The notes beneath the pieces were generated by a model. It worked only from the letters and a program-made list of their open reading frames with translations. It did no database searches and was not told the DNA's origin. Both the position numbers and the translations under genes were made by a program. Shown piece by piece: positions 1 to 13,099 of a stretch of DNA of 64,000 bases. The DNA comes from Antechinus flavipes (Eukaryota), in contig NC_067400.1 in assembly GCF_016432865.1 (NCBI RefSeq), forward strand, positions 610,266,001 through 610,330,000, in the 5' to 3' direction. Numbering within the stretch: the stretch's first letter is position 1; every line of letters begins with the position of its first letter.

Positions 1-39
1 CAGGTTTGATTATGTCACCTCTCCTCCCTCAATTCAATT

Positions 40-520
40 AACTCCAGTTGTTTATCACCTCCAGGAACAAATACAAAATGCTCTGTTTGGCACTGAATAT
101 ATATCTAAAACTTCTATAACCTAGCCCTTGTTCTTTTTTTCCAGTCTTACACTCTACTCTCCTAAGCTTACTCTTGCATCCAAGGACACTAGCTTCCTGG
201 ATGTTCAGTCAAGAACTGCTTAGGATATAGGTGTTTTTTAAGATTGTCCCCAAAACCTGAAATGCTCTCACTTCACCTCTGCCTTTTGGCTTCCTTTAAG
301 TGCCAACTAAAATTCATCTTTTACAGGAAGTCTTTCCTGATCCCTCTTAATTTCAGTTACTCCTATTTATCTGTTATAATTTGTTTTGTATATACATATT
401 TTTGTCTCCTCCATTAGCTTGTAAACTCCTTGAGGACAGGATCTATCCTTTGTCTTCTTTGTATTTCCAGTTTTTAGTACAGTGCCTGGCACATAGCAGG
501 TGCTTAATAAACATCTATAG
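40..520 (+). mobile_element. L2 LINE 3' fragment
   Basis: Ends in the L2 3' signature CAGTGCCTGGCACATAGCAGGTGCTTAATAAA. Confidence 0.7.
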
Positions 521-1974
521 GTTGATTAATGTGCCAAGTTGGGAGCCATGTGCTAAGTACAAGTCCTGGGTTAGTTTGCAAACTGTTTGCTGTTTGCAAA
601 GCAGTAAAGAAATATTGGTATTGAGTCTGTGGCCTCATGATGAGTAAAGATGAAGTTTATATATCAGAAAAGACCTGTCTCTGCAACTCTAACTTAGAAT
701 CCTTTATTACTGTTTGGTCTTTTAAGAGGTCTCTATAAAGATCAAGTATCCAACTCAAATAGAAATGGTTGAATATTTACTTAGAAAACCATAAATTAAT
801 ATTAGCCATGTTGTACTGTTTTTTTATTTAATTTGTTAACCATTTCCTAAGTATATTTTAATCTGGTTCTGGCCTCACTTATCATAGTGGTGAGAGTTCT
901 GGCCCTAGATCCAGGACTTCTGACACTAGCTTCCTCTTCTGCTGCCTCAGTTTTTTCATCTGTAAACAGTAGGGAGCTGTGGTCCCTTCCAGCAGTAGAT
1001 ATAGGAGAGAAGTGTGATTTACTGATGGTTGGCAAGTATTCTAGTTATTTTTTAGCTTTTTGGTACCCATTTCATTCACCCCTATCTGGGTCTGCTCTTT
1101 CATGAGCTATGGGAGGTATGCTTGTGGGAAGTAAGGCCATGCTGACCAGGGAACCTTCTGGCCAAGACCCAGCCAGGAGGAGCATCAGCCAAACATCTAA
1201 GCTGGGGGATGGAAGAACAGTGGTGACAGGCAATGTTCCTGAAAAAAGCATTCTTGCTGGTGCCCACAGGAGGCAAGGCATTATTAGCCTAATGGGAAAT
1301 ATCAGGGCAGGAGAGAGAGGGGCCAGGCCGTGTCAGAGAGAGCCGGAAAGCCTCGGACTCCAAGATCCAGAAACAGGTTTAAGGTCTTCCGTGGCCCAGA
1401 GATGCCTTCGCTTCTCCTTACCTTGGAGGGTAGACTCACAGCCCCAAAAGCTTGTTCCAAACACGCTCCCTTGCTGCCTAGATTCTAATGCTGGGCGGGG
1501 CCCTTGGGTGGCTGGGAGGATCCCATATCCTGCCAGGAAGGAAGAAGAATGGAATGTTGGCCTTTGGATGATGGCCTCCACCAAGCCAGTTCCAAAGCAC
1601 TTTTCTTAATCTATAACTGAAAGACGTAATAAGTGGACTGGAGGATGTGGGATGAGCTCCTTAACCGGATGGGAGCTCCCAGGACTTCAGGACCCTCAGG
1701 CTGTAGCGTTAATAAGGAATTAGTGACTGAGAGCACCCAGATCAAGGATGAGAAATGTGCTCACAATGTAGGTGGTTATATAGGAAGGGAAGGATCCTAG
1801 CATAACTTTGGGGGTCACTTCTGGTGTTGGAGTGTAGGAAGGATGTTGATAAACTGAGGGCTCCTGAAGAGGGCGGCCAGGATGCTGATGGGCTTTGAGT
1901 CTGTTACATAATGATGATGGGACTGGACAGAATGGGCTCAGAGAGAAGTGCGGGTTGAGATGGAGATGGGAGAG

Positions 1975-2225
1975 GACAGATACCTTCCAGTATCTGAAGT
2001 GCCGGCACATGGATGAAGGATTAATGAGGCTTTTTTTGGTTTGGCCCCAGGCAGCAGAGCCAGAACCTGTGGCTGGGGGGAGCTGGGACTCAGATTTGGG
2101 CTCCATTAATACCCAGGACCAGCTTTTTGATAAGGAGAGCTGTCCCGGAGTGGAGGGTGCAGCCTCCGAAGTGGGAGGATCACTCATCTGTGGAGGCTTC
2201 AGCAGACTGGATGACTTCCTTGTAT
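1975..2225 (+). mobile_element. CR1/L3 LINE 3' fragment
   Basis: TTCCAGTATCTGAAG...GAGCTGTCCCGGAGTGGAGGGTGCAGCCT...GGAGGCTTCAGCAGACTGGATGAC resembles the L3 3' end; explains the ORF at 1895-2227. Confidence 0.65.
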
Positions 2226-2921
2226 GACATTGGCACAAATCACCCAAGTGAGGAAGGTGATAGTTTATGAGTTTGATGGCCTACTAGTAGGCGGTGGGAT
2301 ATAAAGGAGGATATCTGGATTCTGATCCCAGTGCTCACGCTAGCTGTATGACTTTGAATTATAAGCATAATTATAATCACAATTATAATCTCATCTGATC
2401 CTCCCACAGGCAGACATTATTATTATTGCTGCTGTATAGATAAGCAAACTATGGCTGAAGTAAAGTGACTTGCCCAGAGTCACACAGCTGGTAAGCCAAT
2501 AAGACAGGATGGGACACCAAAGGTTTTCGTTCCATGAACCCCTTTCAATAACAACCCCCCCAAAGTGTGGTGACCTCCTGGGGTAATGTCATGGTATTCT
2601 TTCCGATTCATTCATTTAGTGCTTACCATTTTTTGCCTCCATAACTCCAAACTGGTGCAGAAAACCAATCACATTTTGAAGCTTGTGCTCGTTTGTGGTC
2701 ACCTAAATAGGCGATTATTTCCAGCTGAAGGTGGTGGGACAGCGTCCTCGGACCCCAGGCAGGGGGGAGTCTCTGTTCTCTGCACTGTCACTGCCCCCTC
2801 TAGTGGAGTCTTTGGGGGTGGCTCTGAAAGGCCTCCGGGAGCCTGGCTGACACCTGGCCCCACCGGCAACGGCTCTCCTACGCATTCAAGCACTCAGTAC
2901 ACTTCCATCCACCAAGTATGA

Positions 2922-2927
2922 TTTATT
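2922..2927 (-). terminator. Candidate CPTP poly(A) signal AATAAA
   Basis: First AATAAA I noticed on the minus strand downstream of the CPTP stop; implies a 3' UTR of about 2.2 kb. Confidence 0.4.
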
Positions 2928-5114
2928 TTAAATGCAAAAATAATCACATCTATTATGATTCTTCCCCACAAGGAATGAAGCCACAGGTCCTGCTGCATAC
3001 ACGTCACCCAAAGGGGCAGAACTGCCGAAAGTCCGTCTTCCAGGGAATGTGGAGCCGGCGGCAGTGGGAAATTTAGGGGGCGACACTGAGGTAACCCTTC
3101 CTGTCCCTCCCCCCAGTTACAGTGCAGGTCAGAAGACCAATGTCGGTATACCGTCCATACCAGCAAACCCGGTGCCACGTGGGCGACGGGGCCAGGAGAG
3201 GCCCCTCGCTCCCATCATGAAAGGAGGCCGAGCGCTTCCATTTCTGAGGAGGGAGGGATTGGGGCACAGGGAGACAGCAGCCCCTGCTTCCAACCTTCCG
3301 GCCCTCCTCTCCGCCCAGGGCTGCTGCCACGCTCCGAGAGGCAGGACAGGGGACAGAGGCCCCTCACCCCGGGTTTTCTTCCCAGATGGTGGCAGAACCT
3401 TGTGGATCAGGAGGGTGATACTGGAAAGGAGAGTGGCTGGGGAACCCAGCTGGGCATAGGTGAGAAGAGGGCCCTAGAGCCAGGCCAGGTGAGGAAGGAT
3501 GGCTACCCAGCCCATCGGACAGAGGAGCGGCGCTCCTTGGGGGGCTCACTACATACACTGACGGTAACAGAAGCCAAAGCCAGATGAAGTCCTGTCTGAA
3601 AACCAGGGTGGGAAACGTGGCCCTTGGAACTTGGGGGGTTTGCTTAGAGTAGCACATGGCCCTGCAAGCAGCATTTTAAAGTCTCTCTCAGAAGGGGGGG
3701 TTCCCCATTTCTCACATCTTACAGAAGAAACTGACTTGGGGAGGGAGCACGTTACATGGGCTTGGAGGTAACCGTTATGGGTTTTCCGGGGAGACCTTCA
3801 CTTGGGGGGTGTGATTCCCAGGAGGGAGGTAGTCCCAGGGAGCACCACTTAGGAGGGAGCACCACTTAGGAATAGGTATGTTGCTGCTCTGAAGGAGGAG
3901 CCCTCTAAAGAAAGTGCTCAATCAGCACCTCAGGCTGAGTCTCTGCCTGGGGAGCAAACTGGACGTTAACACAGGTTCCCAGCAGCTACCAGGATTTCAA
4001 TACTTAATTTCAATAATTGCAATAATATTTCAAAAGATTTCAATAATAATTTCAAAAACTTCAATAATACCCTGCAGGAGAGCTGGACAGGAATCCTGTC
4101 CATGGATGAGAGGCAGAATCCTCTTTATCGGGAGAGGGCCAAGGTCTCAGACAGAGTAGGTGGGAACAGGCCCTGATATCAAGGGCACCCCTCACCCAAC
4201 CTCTTCAGCTGATTTGAGCCGGCCTGTCATAATTCAGCACTGACCCAGGGCCCGGGTGCCACAAAATCCCGGCAGGGCTTCAGATGCCAGCACTGCCTTT
4301 GGTGAGACCCCAGAGGGACACACCGGTGCTTTGGGGGAAATCCTCTGCAGGTTGGGCTTGCCTTGCTAGAGACCCGTGAGCAGGAGCTGCTAAACTCTGC
4401 TAGTTGAATTAGATGGACACGTATAAAGTTTTCCTTAAGAGAGGCTGGAAAGGAAATAAAGGATTTTGCCCCTGACATAGCTGCAACTCACCCTGTGCTT
4501 TCCATTCCACTAAAGAACATCTCAGAGACGAGACAAAGGAGTCAGAAATTATGACGATGCTCCCTGGACTAGAAGAAGGCTTCTCCTCTTCCGCCCACCT
4601 CCCTATTTAGATATGAAAATGTATCTTTTTGCAGGGGATGAAGAAGTGGGAATCAGAATAGGCGAACGTTAATTCTATGGACTTCTTGTGTGCACCTGGA
4701 CACTGTAGTGTGATTCAAAATTAAAGAAAATATTTTTTAAATTATCCCAAGTTTCTTCCCTTCTGCTTTTGATTAGGAGAGTGAGGGCAGAGTTCAGGAC
4801 TTCCCCAGAGGCTACATGATTTTACTCTCATTATTTCTGATGCTTCAGGCGGTAGGTGGATCGGGAGGAGCTGAAACCAGCCCCCTCAGACACAAACCGG
4901 GCCTTCTGGTTGCCAGTGACCTCCAGGGATCACCAACGGTTCCTCCAAAGGCCGATTCTCAGCTCCGTGACGGCCAAGGCCAAGCTCGGCGGAAACGGGC
5001 AAGAGGAAACGAGGATTCCGAGCGGGGCTGAAGCAGCGGGGAGGGCACGCGCTGGGAGGGTTTTCTCCACTGGCTGCTGAGAGCGGGAGGGTCGCCTGGG
5101 CCCGCCTCCCCCCG

Positions 5115-5637
5115 CTAGGGAAGGTCCAGCAGGGTGTGCTCCTCGAAGAGTTTCTGGGTGATCTGGTAGACCTGGCAGATGAAGGGCATGGCTTCGTTCA
5201 GCATCTCCACGGCCTCCTCGGGGGGACCCACGTTCATGGTCTCCAGGAAGGCGTTCCGGGAGGGCAGCGTGCAGAAGGCCACCGTGACGGCCTTGCGGAT
5301 GAGCCAGGGGTGGTAGTTGGCCAGGGTGGTGTTGTAGGAGTCCGTGCAGAGCACCGAGGTCTTGCAGTCCTCCTGGCTAGTCCTGAGCCCCTCCAGGAAC
5401 ATCTGCAGCCAGTGCAGGGCCCGGTGCAGGCGGAGGATGGTGCGGCAGCCGGACTCGGGGTGCTCGGAGCGCTTCTGGAGGTCCACCAGCTTATTCTCCA
5501 TCTCGTACTGCACCATGGCCTGAAGGCTGGCGTAGTGGTCCTTCTGGTCGCTGCTGCGGAACCTCTCCATGATCTGGATTTTGGCGATCACGTCCTTGGA
5601 GATGAAGGAGAAGATGGTGCCGAGGTTGTTCAGGAAC
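5115..5637 (-). CDS. CPTP: Ceramide-1-phosphate transfer protein, last coding exon
   Basis: Acceptor CAG|G then FLNNLGTIFSFISKDV...SGCRTILRLHRALHWL...YHPWLIRKAVTVAF...LLDLP*. Matches the GLTP-fold CPTP as I recall it; 523 nt. With the first coding exon gives 645 nt = 214 aa. Confidence 0.97.
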
Positions 5638-6623
5638 CTGCATTTTCAAGACCAAACACAGCGTCGCTGGGCCGGAGGAACCTTGTCTCGGCAACTCTCT
5701 GAGAGGGGCCAGCTCCCCACTGGGAAAAGGGGGCCTGGTTCTCCCACTGGGGAAAGGGGCCCATTCCAGCCTGCCAAGAGCCGAGGGCAAAGGTTCTATC
5801 CCAAGGGGATCGCTGGGCCAGATTGCCACAGAAACACAATCAGCTGAAGCAACCAGGGAGGGAGTGGGCAGTGGCAAAGCAGGTATTCTGGTGCTCAGGG
5901 CAAGGGTCACCCACAGTAACAATAGAAAATACTTGAGGGACACAGGTCATCTAAATTCTAAAGCAAAACGCCACTTCCAAAATCAAAACAGCCCAACCTT
6001 GTGCAGCTGCTTCCCTCTCCCGGGAAGGGGGCGCAGTGACTGCTCGGACCGCCGGTATGGTGCCAGGAAAGCAGGGCCCCTCGGGCCAGCCCCTCAGCCA
6101 TACCCTGGGGCACCTAACACGCTAGGAGGGCTCCCCTATGTGTGCCTACATGCCGAGCCTCCGGGCCAGCGGAGAATCCAGTCCCTGGTGTTGTAAAATA
6201 CTTGGAAGGAATGTGGAGCCGCTGCCCCGCCAAGCCTGCCCACGTTGGTGGCCCTCACCTCGAAGCCTCTTCCCATAGAGGCCGTGTGACACTCGGGCCT
6301 CCCCCCCTCCCCCCCAAGGACATGTGTGGCCTCCTCCCCACACAAGAGAATAACGACAGCTCAGTCTGTAGAGCACTGCCTGCCAGGCACTGCACTAAAC
6401 GCTTTATAGTTAGCTCATCTGGGCTACCCAGTAGGCACATTCTATTACTATGCCCATTTTGCAGATGAGGAAACAGAGGCAAACATGTGAGTTTCTCAGG
6501 GTCACGCAGACAGTAAGGGTCTGAGTCTGGATCTGAACTCAGGTCACCCCCACTCCCGCCTGGAATGTCACCCAGGAGCCCCAGCAGCACGAGCTCCCCC
6601 CGGCCCGCAGACCCACCACTCAC

Positions 6624-6745
6624 CTGACCAGTCCTTTCCAGCCAGTAATATAGGGGTCCATGAGAACCTCTTCTTTTTCGTTCAGGCATTGCTTGAAGCT
6701 GACCAGCACGACCTTCAGGTTAAAGTCAGCCTGCTCATCAGCCAT
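6624..6745 (-). CDS. CPTP: CPTP first coding exon
   Basis: MADEQADFNLKVVLVSFKQCLNEKEEVLMDPYITGWKGLV plus AG|GTGAGT donor; 122 nt, phase 2. Acceptor TTTCAG lies 13 nt upstream of the ATG (exon starts at 6758). Confidence 0.96.
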
Positions 6746-7344
6746 GGCCCCCCGCAACCTGAAACACAGGGAGGGTCTCTGGGTGATCACGCGTCCGGCC
6801 TAGGAGGACTGGCTGGGACGGAAGACCCGAGGCAATAAATCCTGTTTCTCCGCAGCTGCTCTGACTCAGCCCGGCTGCTTCAGGAGCCCTATCTAATGCC
6901 CTATCAGCTGGCTCCCAAGAAGCCTCACCAAGGCCAGCCCGCTCGCCCACTCTGCCAGTGGCTGGACCAGGCTGATGGGAGGGGCCCACCTGGAAAATGG
7001 GCCCTGCCCTGGAATTTCCCGGGAACCTGCATTCCTTGCCTACCCTCGCATCTTTCCATGCTAGAACTGAGTCCAATTTCCTGGGCGGAACAGGGAATGG
7101 ACCAGAAATTATTCAGACAATAGAGATTGTCTCTGATGCACAGGAAGGTAGGAAGGAGGGGAGGGAGGTAACCACTCATGCCGAAGCTTTCCACAGAGCT
7201 AAGGGCTGTTTGTGATGCTCCAGTTTGTTAGCCGTGAGTGGTTCCCTTATCCCCAGACTATGAGCTCTCTAACGGAAGCTCACGTCTCACACTTTTGGGT
7301 CTCCTGATTACCCAGTGTGGCCCAGAACACAAAGCTGCCATTCA

Positions 7345-7480
7345 GTGTGACTTTTTTAGAGGCAATTGGGGTTAAGTGACTTGCCCAGGGTCACACAGCC
7401 AGGACGTGTTAAGTGTCTGAGGCCAAATTCGAACTCAGGTCCTCCTGACTTCAGGCCTGGGGCTCTAGCTAGCTCCCCCT
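7345..7480 (-). mobile_element. WSINE1-like marsupial tRNA-derived SINE
   Basis: Poly-T tail plus GAGGCAATTGGGGTTAAGTGACTTGCCCAGGGTCACACAGC...GAACTCAGGTCCTCCTGACT. Confidence 0.75.
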
Positions 7481-9001
7481 CAGTATGACTTCTGACGGCT
7501 GCCCTGCGTGATTAAGGTCAACAAAGGAGGACGAGAACAGATTTAGGAATGGGGACCAAAAGTAGATGATTCCAGAGACGGGGAGATGGAGGGCGGCCAA
7601 TGAAAGGTCTTGATGCTGGGAGTTAGGCGACCTCATTGACTCTTAGCTGCTGACTGTTTTCCCTCCGGTTCTCAGTTCTCCTATCTGTAAAATGAGACCC
7701 TGGGATGAGGATCCGTAGGCGACCTATTGTCCGCTACAGTCCACTTCTCTCCCAGCTCAGACGGCTTAGTGCTCAACGGCACACGGAGGCACCGTGCAAG
7801 TAGCTTTGTGCTTCCTCCCGACGGAGAACGAAACCGGCCCGAGAAGGAAAATGCTGGTGGGGTTTCCTGATCCTTGGCCCCGTCTCCACCAGACAGAGAA
7901 AAGGAAACCGAAAGGTTTTGCGCAGGCTGAGCGGCTGCGGTTACACACAGCTGAGACGGAGGGGCCTGGCTCAGTCCCTGAGAGGTAGGGCCCACACCCC
8001 CTCCGGACGTGGCCCTGACTCTGTTATGATTATGCTTCTGCTGTAAATATTTGTCAGTCTCAAGGTCGGGGATGAGGAGCAGGAAGGAGGAAGGGAGCGG
8101 GGAGGGGAAGAGCGGACACACAGCCTGGAAGGCGGCTCCCGAGGGCGTCTGCCTGGCTCACAGAAAGGCTCTGAAGGCACCAGCAGCGGCCCCCAGCTCA
8201 CTCTCCCCTTCCTTTAATCCATCACTTCCCACGAGCCACAATAAACCTCGAGGGGCAGCCTCTGACTCAGCACAGGGCGGCCTGCAGGGGCTCCTGTGCC
8301 CCTTCCAGGGAAGGAAGCAGACCCAACCACAGTGACACAGCAGGGCTCACTCACCAGAGAGAGATGGGCAAGGTCACGGGGAGGGGATCCCAGGCTCTTA
8401 TTCCTGGTGCTTCTGTCGCTGCCTCTGGGTCCTAGAGTCACATCCTTGAAAAGCAGACACAAGAGGGGCAGAACATCAGCTCTGCATCTGGGCTGAGATG
8501 GCCAGGCGGCCTGGGAAGGCTGCGGACCCTCTCATGCTGTCCGATGCATAAAATGCCTACCTCACAGAAGAATCCCTAAGTGTATGCAAATGGATGCACA
8601 GGAAATATGCATATATGCAACATGTAAAAATACATGCAGTATAAACACATAGTCATAACTATAAATACGTAAGTGCAATTAGCAATCATGATGTTAAAGT
8701 CTGAACCCTTTATTTCAACGGCAACCCCCTGACAGACGGGGAAACTGAGGCTCGGAGGTCACCCGGCGCGTCTGGACAGTGAGTGGCGCCCCTGGACCGT
8801 GACTCGGGGTCCCTTCCCCGGCAGCGCGGGGGAGTCTGGAGGTGGGGGACCTCATGACCCCGGCTCTTGATTTAGACAGCCCCCCCAAGCAAAGCTAACG
8901 CCCGCCTGCAGCACCCCGATTCCCCGGCATCTCAGAGCCGGCTCCCGCCCCCTCCCACCCGGCCCGGCCCACCTCCTCACTCTCACCTGCACCTTACTCA
9001 C

Positions 9002-9262
9002 CTGAAGCTTCCTTAGACTGCAGGTTCCCGACCCGTCCTCAATCCCTTCCAATCACCGCCAAGTCCCGCCCCCGAGTCCCCGCCCCCGCCTGATTGGCTG
9101 CGACGGTATCCAAAGGAAAGCGGGCAGAGAGCGCCGGCCCAGGAGGGCGGGTCCTTGGCTCAGGGAGGCCGGCTCATAGGCTGGAGTTGCGCCTGCGCAA
9201 TGGCTTCGAGTCATTGCCGCTGTTCCCGCCTCTCGCGCAAGCGCAGGGCCTTGGTGCTCGCT
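9002..9262. promoter_or_regulatory. CpG bidirectional promoter for CPTP (-) and INTS11 (+) with divergent non-coding first exons
   Basis: Minus-strand donor CAG|GTGAGT at 9001 and plus-strand donor GCT|GTGAGT at 9263. CCAAT boxes at 9049 and 9093, GC boxes at 9065-9090, NRF1-like TGCGCCTGCGCA at 9188-9199 and CGCGCAAGCGCA at 9234-9245. The head-to-head arrangement matches human. Confidence 0.8.
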
Positions 9263-10624
9263 GTGAGTACGGAAGCTTGTGCGGGTTGGCTCGTGGAGGG
9301 CTGAGGTGGGGAGAGGGAAAAATTGGGGGCCCTCGCCGCGGGAATGGGGAGAGGAGGGCCGGCGGATTTCCCCTCGGAGCCTGGAAGTCTCACTCCGCCT
9401 TGGCTCCGTCTTCAGCGGCGCCGTGCCCGGGGTGGGGGCGGGGGGCGCCGAAGGGTTAGTTTCCCTCGGGCGGGCGCCGTGAACTCCATCCTTACCTGCC
9501 CGTTGTCTGCGGGCGAGTGACGTCACCACGGGCGAGCAATGCTCTGCAAGCTCGGGCGGCCTCCTGGACCAGTGGCTTGGGCTTGGCCTAGGGATCTCCC
9601 AGCAGAGCCTGCCGTGGCTTTGGATCGCAGTGCCGGAGAGCTCGGGGGACTCCATTCTGGCATCATAGAGTTTAGGGCTAGAAGGGCCCTTAAAAGCTTC
9701 TCACACATCTTTCTCTTCCTGCCCCACTTTACAAATGAGGAGACTGAGTCCCCGAGATGTTGTGAAATTTGCTTACGGCCAGCCAGTCAGGGACTAGACC
9801 CGTCTCCCGGCTCAGAGAGTGACTTGCGCAGAGTCCCACAGGTAGTAGGTAGCAGAGCCAAGATTTGAACCCAGATCCCTTGATGCTACGTTGCTTTCTG
9901 TATGATTTGTCGAAGCTCTTTTGAGAAGCGGCTTCTGCTGCAGCTACTCCGGGGCCACGTTGCCCAGGAGGAGGCTGTATTTCAAGGGATGGCTATTATA
10001 TCTTTCTTAAGTTATTTTTGAGGCAGGAAAACACCCCCTGACTATAACTAGTCGTAGTTATTTCTTGTAGCTTCCTGTGCAACAGCCACGTAAAGAGGAA
10101 GTGTGATGATGTACTGGGTAAAGCAGTGGATTAGGCCCTCAAAGCCTTCACACTCAAGACTTGTGCTTTACTACCCCATTATCTTTGTGGCTCTGGTGAT
10201 TTCTAAGGTTCCTTCCCCGTGTAAGCCCTCTGAGGGAGCTGGGCTGTACAATTTTGGTGCCCCCTATTTTAAAAAGGAAGAAAGAAATCAAGTGATTTAG
10301 GATCTAGAATCGTCTCCAAGGTTAAGATAGTGATAGTGGTATGCTTTACCCTCCAGAGACTTCAGAGTAAGGCAGACCCCCCAGTAATTCAGCTAATAAC
10401 TAGAACTGAGGAAACCTTGCTCGGTTTGGGGAGGGGGCTTATCCCCATCTCAGCCCCTACTTCATAGTCATTGTAGAAAGTTACATCTTTCTGTGTCGGT
10501 CTCTTTCCTTTTAGAAGTTATGACATCCAGACCTGTGTAACCTCAGAGACCCGTGCTTTGGAGACGTTGCTCTGTGGTGACCTGGATCTAGTCTGATGAA
10601 GCGCTGAGAAATTGACCACTCAAG

Positions 10625-10652
10625 ATGCCAGAGATTAAAGTCACTCCCTTGG
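10625..10652 (+). CDS. INTS11: Integrator complex subunit 11, coding exon 1
   Basis: ATGCCAGAGATTAAAGTCACTCCCTTGG|GTAAGT = MPEIKVTPL(G), 28 nt (human MPEIRVTPLG). Confidence 0.92.
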
Positions 10653-13099
10653 GTAAGTTAAAGAAGTTAATAATTTGATTTAAAAGAAGAAAAGTTTTCC
10701 AGGTCAAATCAACAAAACTTTATAGTAATGAACTTGGAAGCTCGAATATTCTCTGCAAGAGAATACATCAGACACAAGTTAGCTCTTTGTTCTTTGCTCA
10801 GTTCATTTTGAACACTTTTACGTGTCCATTAGTGGTGGGGAGCTGCGTGTGTGACTAGAGACTCATTGATGCTTTCCTTTGCTGGGCAGTGTTATAAACA
10901 AGACTTTTTTCTGATTTATGTTTTCCTTTGGCTTTTGGCAAAAGGAATTCTTCCCTCAGGAGGGACACAGTTGGCATTGTGGGAAATTAGCCCCAAAATA
11001 TGTAGGACAGTGAGAGAGAATTCATTTTGAGGGCAAAACATTTTAGGGCAGATTATTCAGAGGAGAGAGCTGGAAGAATCAGAGAAGACTTCCTGGAGGA
11101 GGTAATGGGATGTGAATTGGGGATTAAAGGGGGAGACTATGTCAGGTCAGAAGAATAGGGGGCCATGCGTGTTGGACTGGAGCCAAGCTTGTGAAGGGCA
11201 GTGAATGCTTCCCTTATCTCGGAGTGGGAGTCGAGGACACCTCCTGGGAGGAGGGAGAGCAGGGCTTAGACATTCAGTAACAGAACATCCTTGGGAGACA
11301 CGGCTCTCCATGGGGAGGTAAAGTGGTTCGGGGCCCCTAGCACGCCACTAGGGGGTGCTCACCACTGAGTTTGCAGGAAGGGACCAGGACGTCCAGTGTA
11401 ACGATGTGACTTCTCTGAGACAGTTCTGTTCCCGGATTGATTCTTTGAGTTTTTGATACATCTTTAAAAATGACTCTTAAAGGGATTTGACTTCTTAGGC
11501 CCTCCAGACGTGATGGGTACAATCTTCAGCCTTTGAATAGGAAGGTGCTGGGCCTATGATCGGGACTTTTTCTCAGCTCCCATTGGTCAGTATTGATGCC
11601 GTCTCCCTCCTTCCCTGAGGCTCTGCTGAGCTCCAGCTGTGTGCAGAGGCCTGGGCTGGGTGCTGGGGGAGATAGGGAGTTTGGGTGATACCCTTGTGGA
11701 GCTCCTAGTCTGGTGGGAAAATGCCCCCAAACCTGTGGCTTTGTGTGGTCCTCTTCTGTAGTGTTGGCGACAGTGGCGGAAAAGGGGGCAAACTGAGCCT
11801 CAGTGTTAGACTGTCTGTCATCATTCATTGGTGGCTAAGGGTTTATACATGAGACCTTGTCCCTTGACCAGTGAGGATGCGATCCTGGAAGAAAGGAGCC
11901 TGCCGGGCCCCGGCTGCTCCCCGTCGGGGAGACCAGAAAGTGGATGTTGGGTGGTAGCTGGCAGAGGAAGGAGAAGCATCAGAGGAAACTAATCCCCTGA
12001 ACCCTCGGAGCCTTGGATGTGCGCTGGCCAGGGCAGCGACAGCAGTTTGTGCACCAGAGTCAGTGCAGAAGGGGAGCTTAGAAAGCCCCTTGAGTGAATC
12101 AGCGGGGGTGGGGGTGGGGGGTTGGTCTTCAGGGGCTTGAAAGCAGAAGTGCAAACCATGATGTAGGATAAAAGATGAGCGTCCACAGGCCAGTTGTTCA
12201 TACAGAAGCCTCACACTAAAATGCCTTTTTTATTTTTTCCTTTTTCGAAAAATATTTTGAAGTTATTTCAGTGTTTACGTTACGTACCTTAGGCATGTGA
12301 TGGTGTAGCGGAGCTGACCTCAAATACTTAGTGGCTGGGTAACTCATGGCAAGCCCTTTAACCTCAGTCTGCCTCAGTTTCCTCAACTGTAAAATGGGGG
12401 TGATAGCAGCACCTAATGGCCAGTGTTGTTGTGAGGACCAAATGAGCTCTTTGTAAATCGCTGAGAACAGTGCCTGGCACATAGGAGGCACCCCAGAAAT
12501 GCTCATTCCATGACTCTTGTTTCGTCCTTCCCAAATGAGACTTCTTCTATGACAAAGAAAACCAACCTGCACTAACCTGGGCCCATAGCTAATAGAATTT
12601 ACAAAACCCCACGCCCATTTCCCCTATGTGTCACACAGAAGGAGAGATGGAGTTCATCATCTCTTCTCTGGACCCAAGACTGATCATTATAATTGTAGCA
12701 TTTGGGCTTGTTTTATTGTTCTTTTTGTTTGCAAGGTTCCTAGACATTGTGGCTGTTTTCCTGGTTCGTCTTACTTTGCATCTGTTTATACAAGTCTTTT
12801 CCTGCTTTTCTGATTTTCATGAATTTGTCATGTGTATCACATATCACAGTTCAATCAGCCTCTATTTGATGGTCACCTATTGGTTCCAGTTTTTTGCTAC
12901 CACAAAAAGTAGCATTATGAATATTTTGGCAAATATGACATATTCCTTTCCTTGACTTCTTTGACTTCTTAGGCCCCTCCAGACATTACCAATACAATCT
13001 TCAACCTTTGAATAGGAAGAAGCTGTGTCTATAATCAGGACTTTTTCTCACCTTCCATTGATCAGTAGTTAATGCTGTCTCCTCCGATTTGTCCTCCAG

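Noticed and set aside
1-2900. TAS1R3, expected next to CPTP by human synteny; weak TLGGL resemblance near 2540-2580 (-)
   Set aside because: No signal peptide or extended similarity; the gene probably lies outside the window.
3838-4070. 17 bp tandem duplication and a TTTCAATAAT-like short array that superficially suggest CRISPR
   Set aside because: Eukaryotic DNA, no unique spacers; ordinary slippage repeats in the presumed CPTP 3' UTR.
5136-5702. 188 aa plus-strand ORF
   Set aside because: Antisense shadow of the GC3-rich CPTP exon.
10100-10210. TGATGA C-box-like motifs here and at about 19251
   Set aside because: No suitably placed CTGA D box or terminal stem; both lie in degraded repeats.
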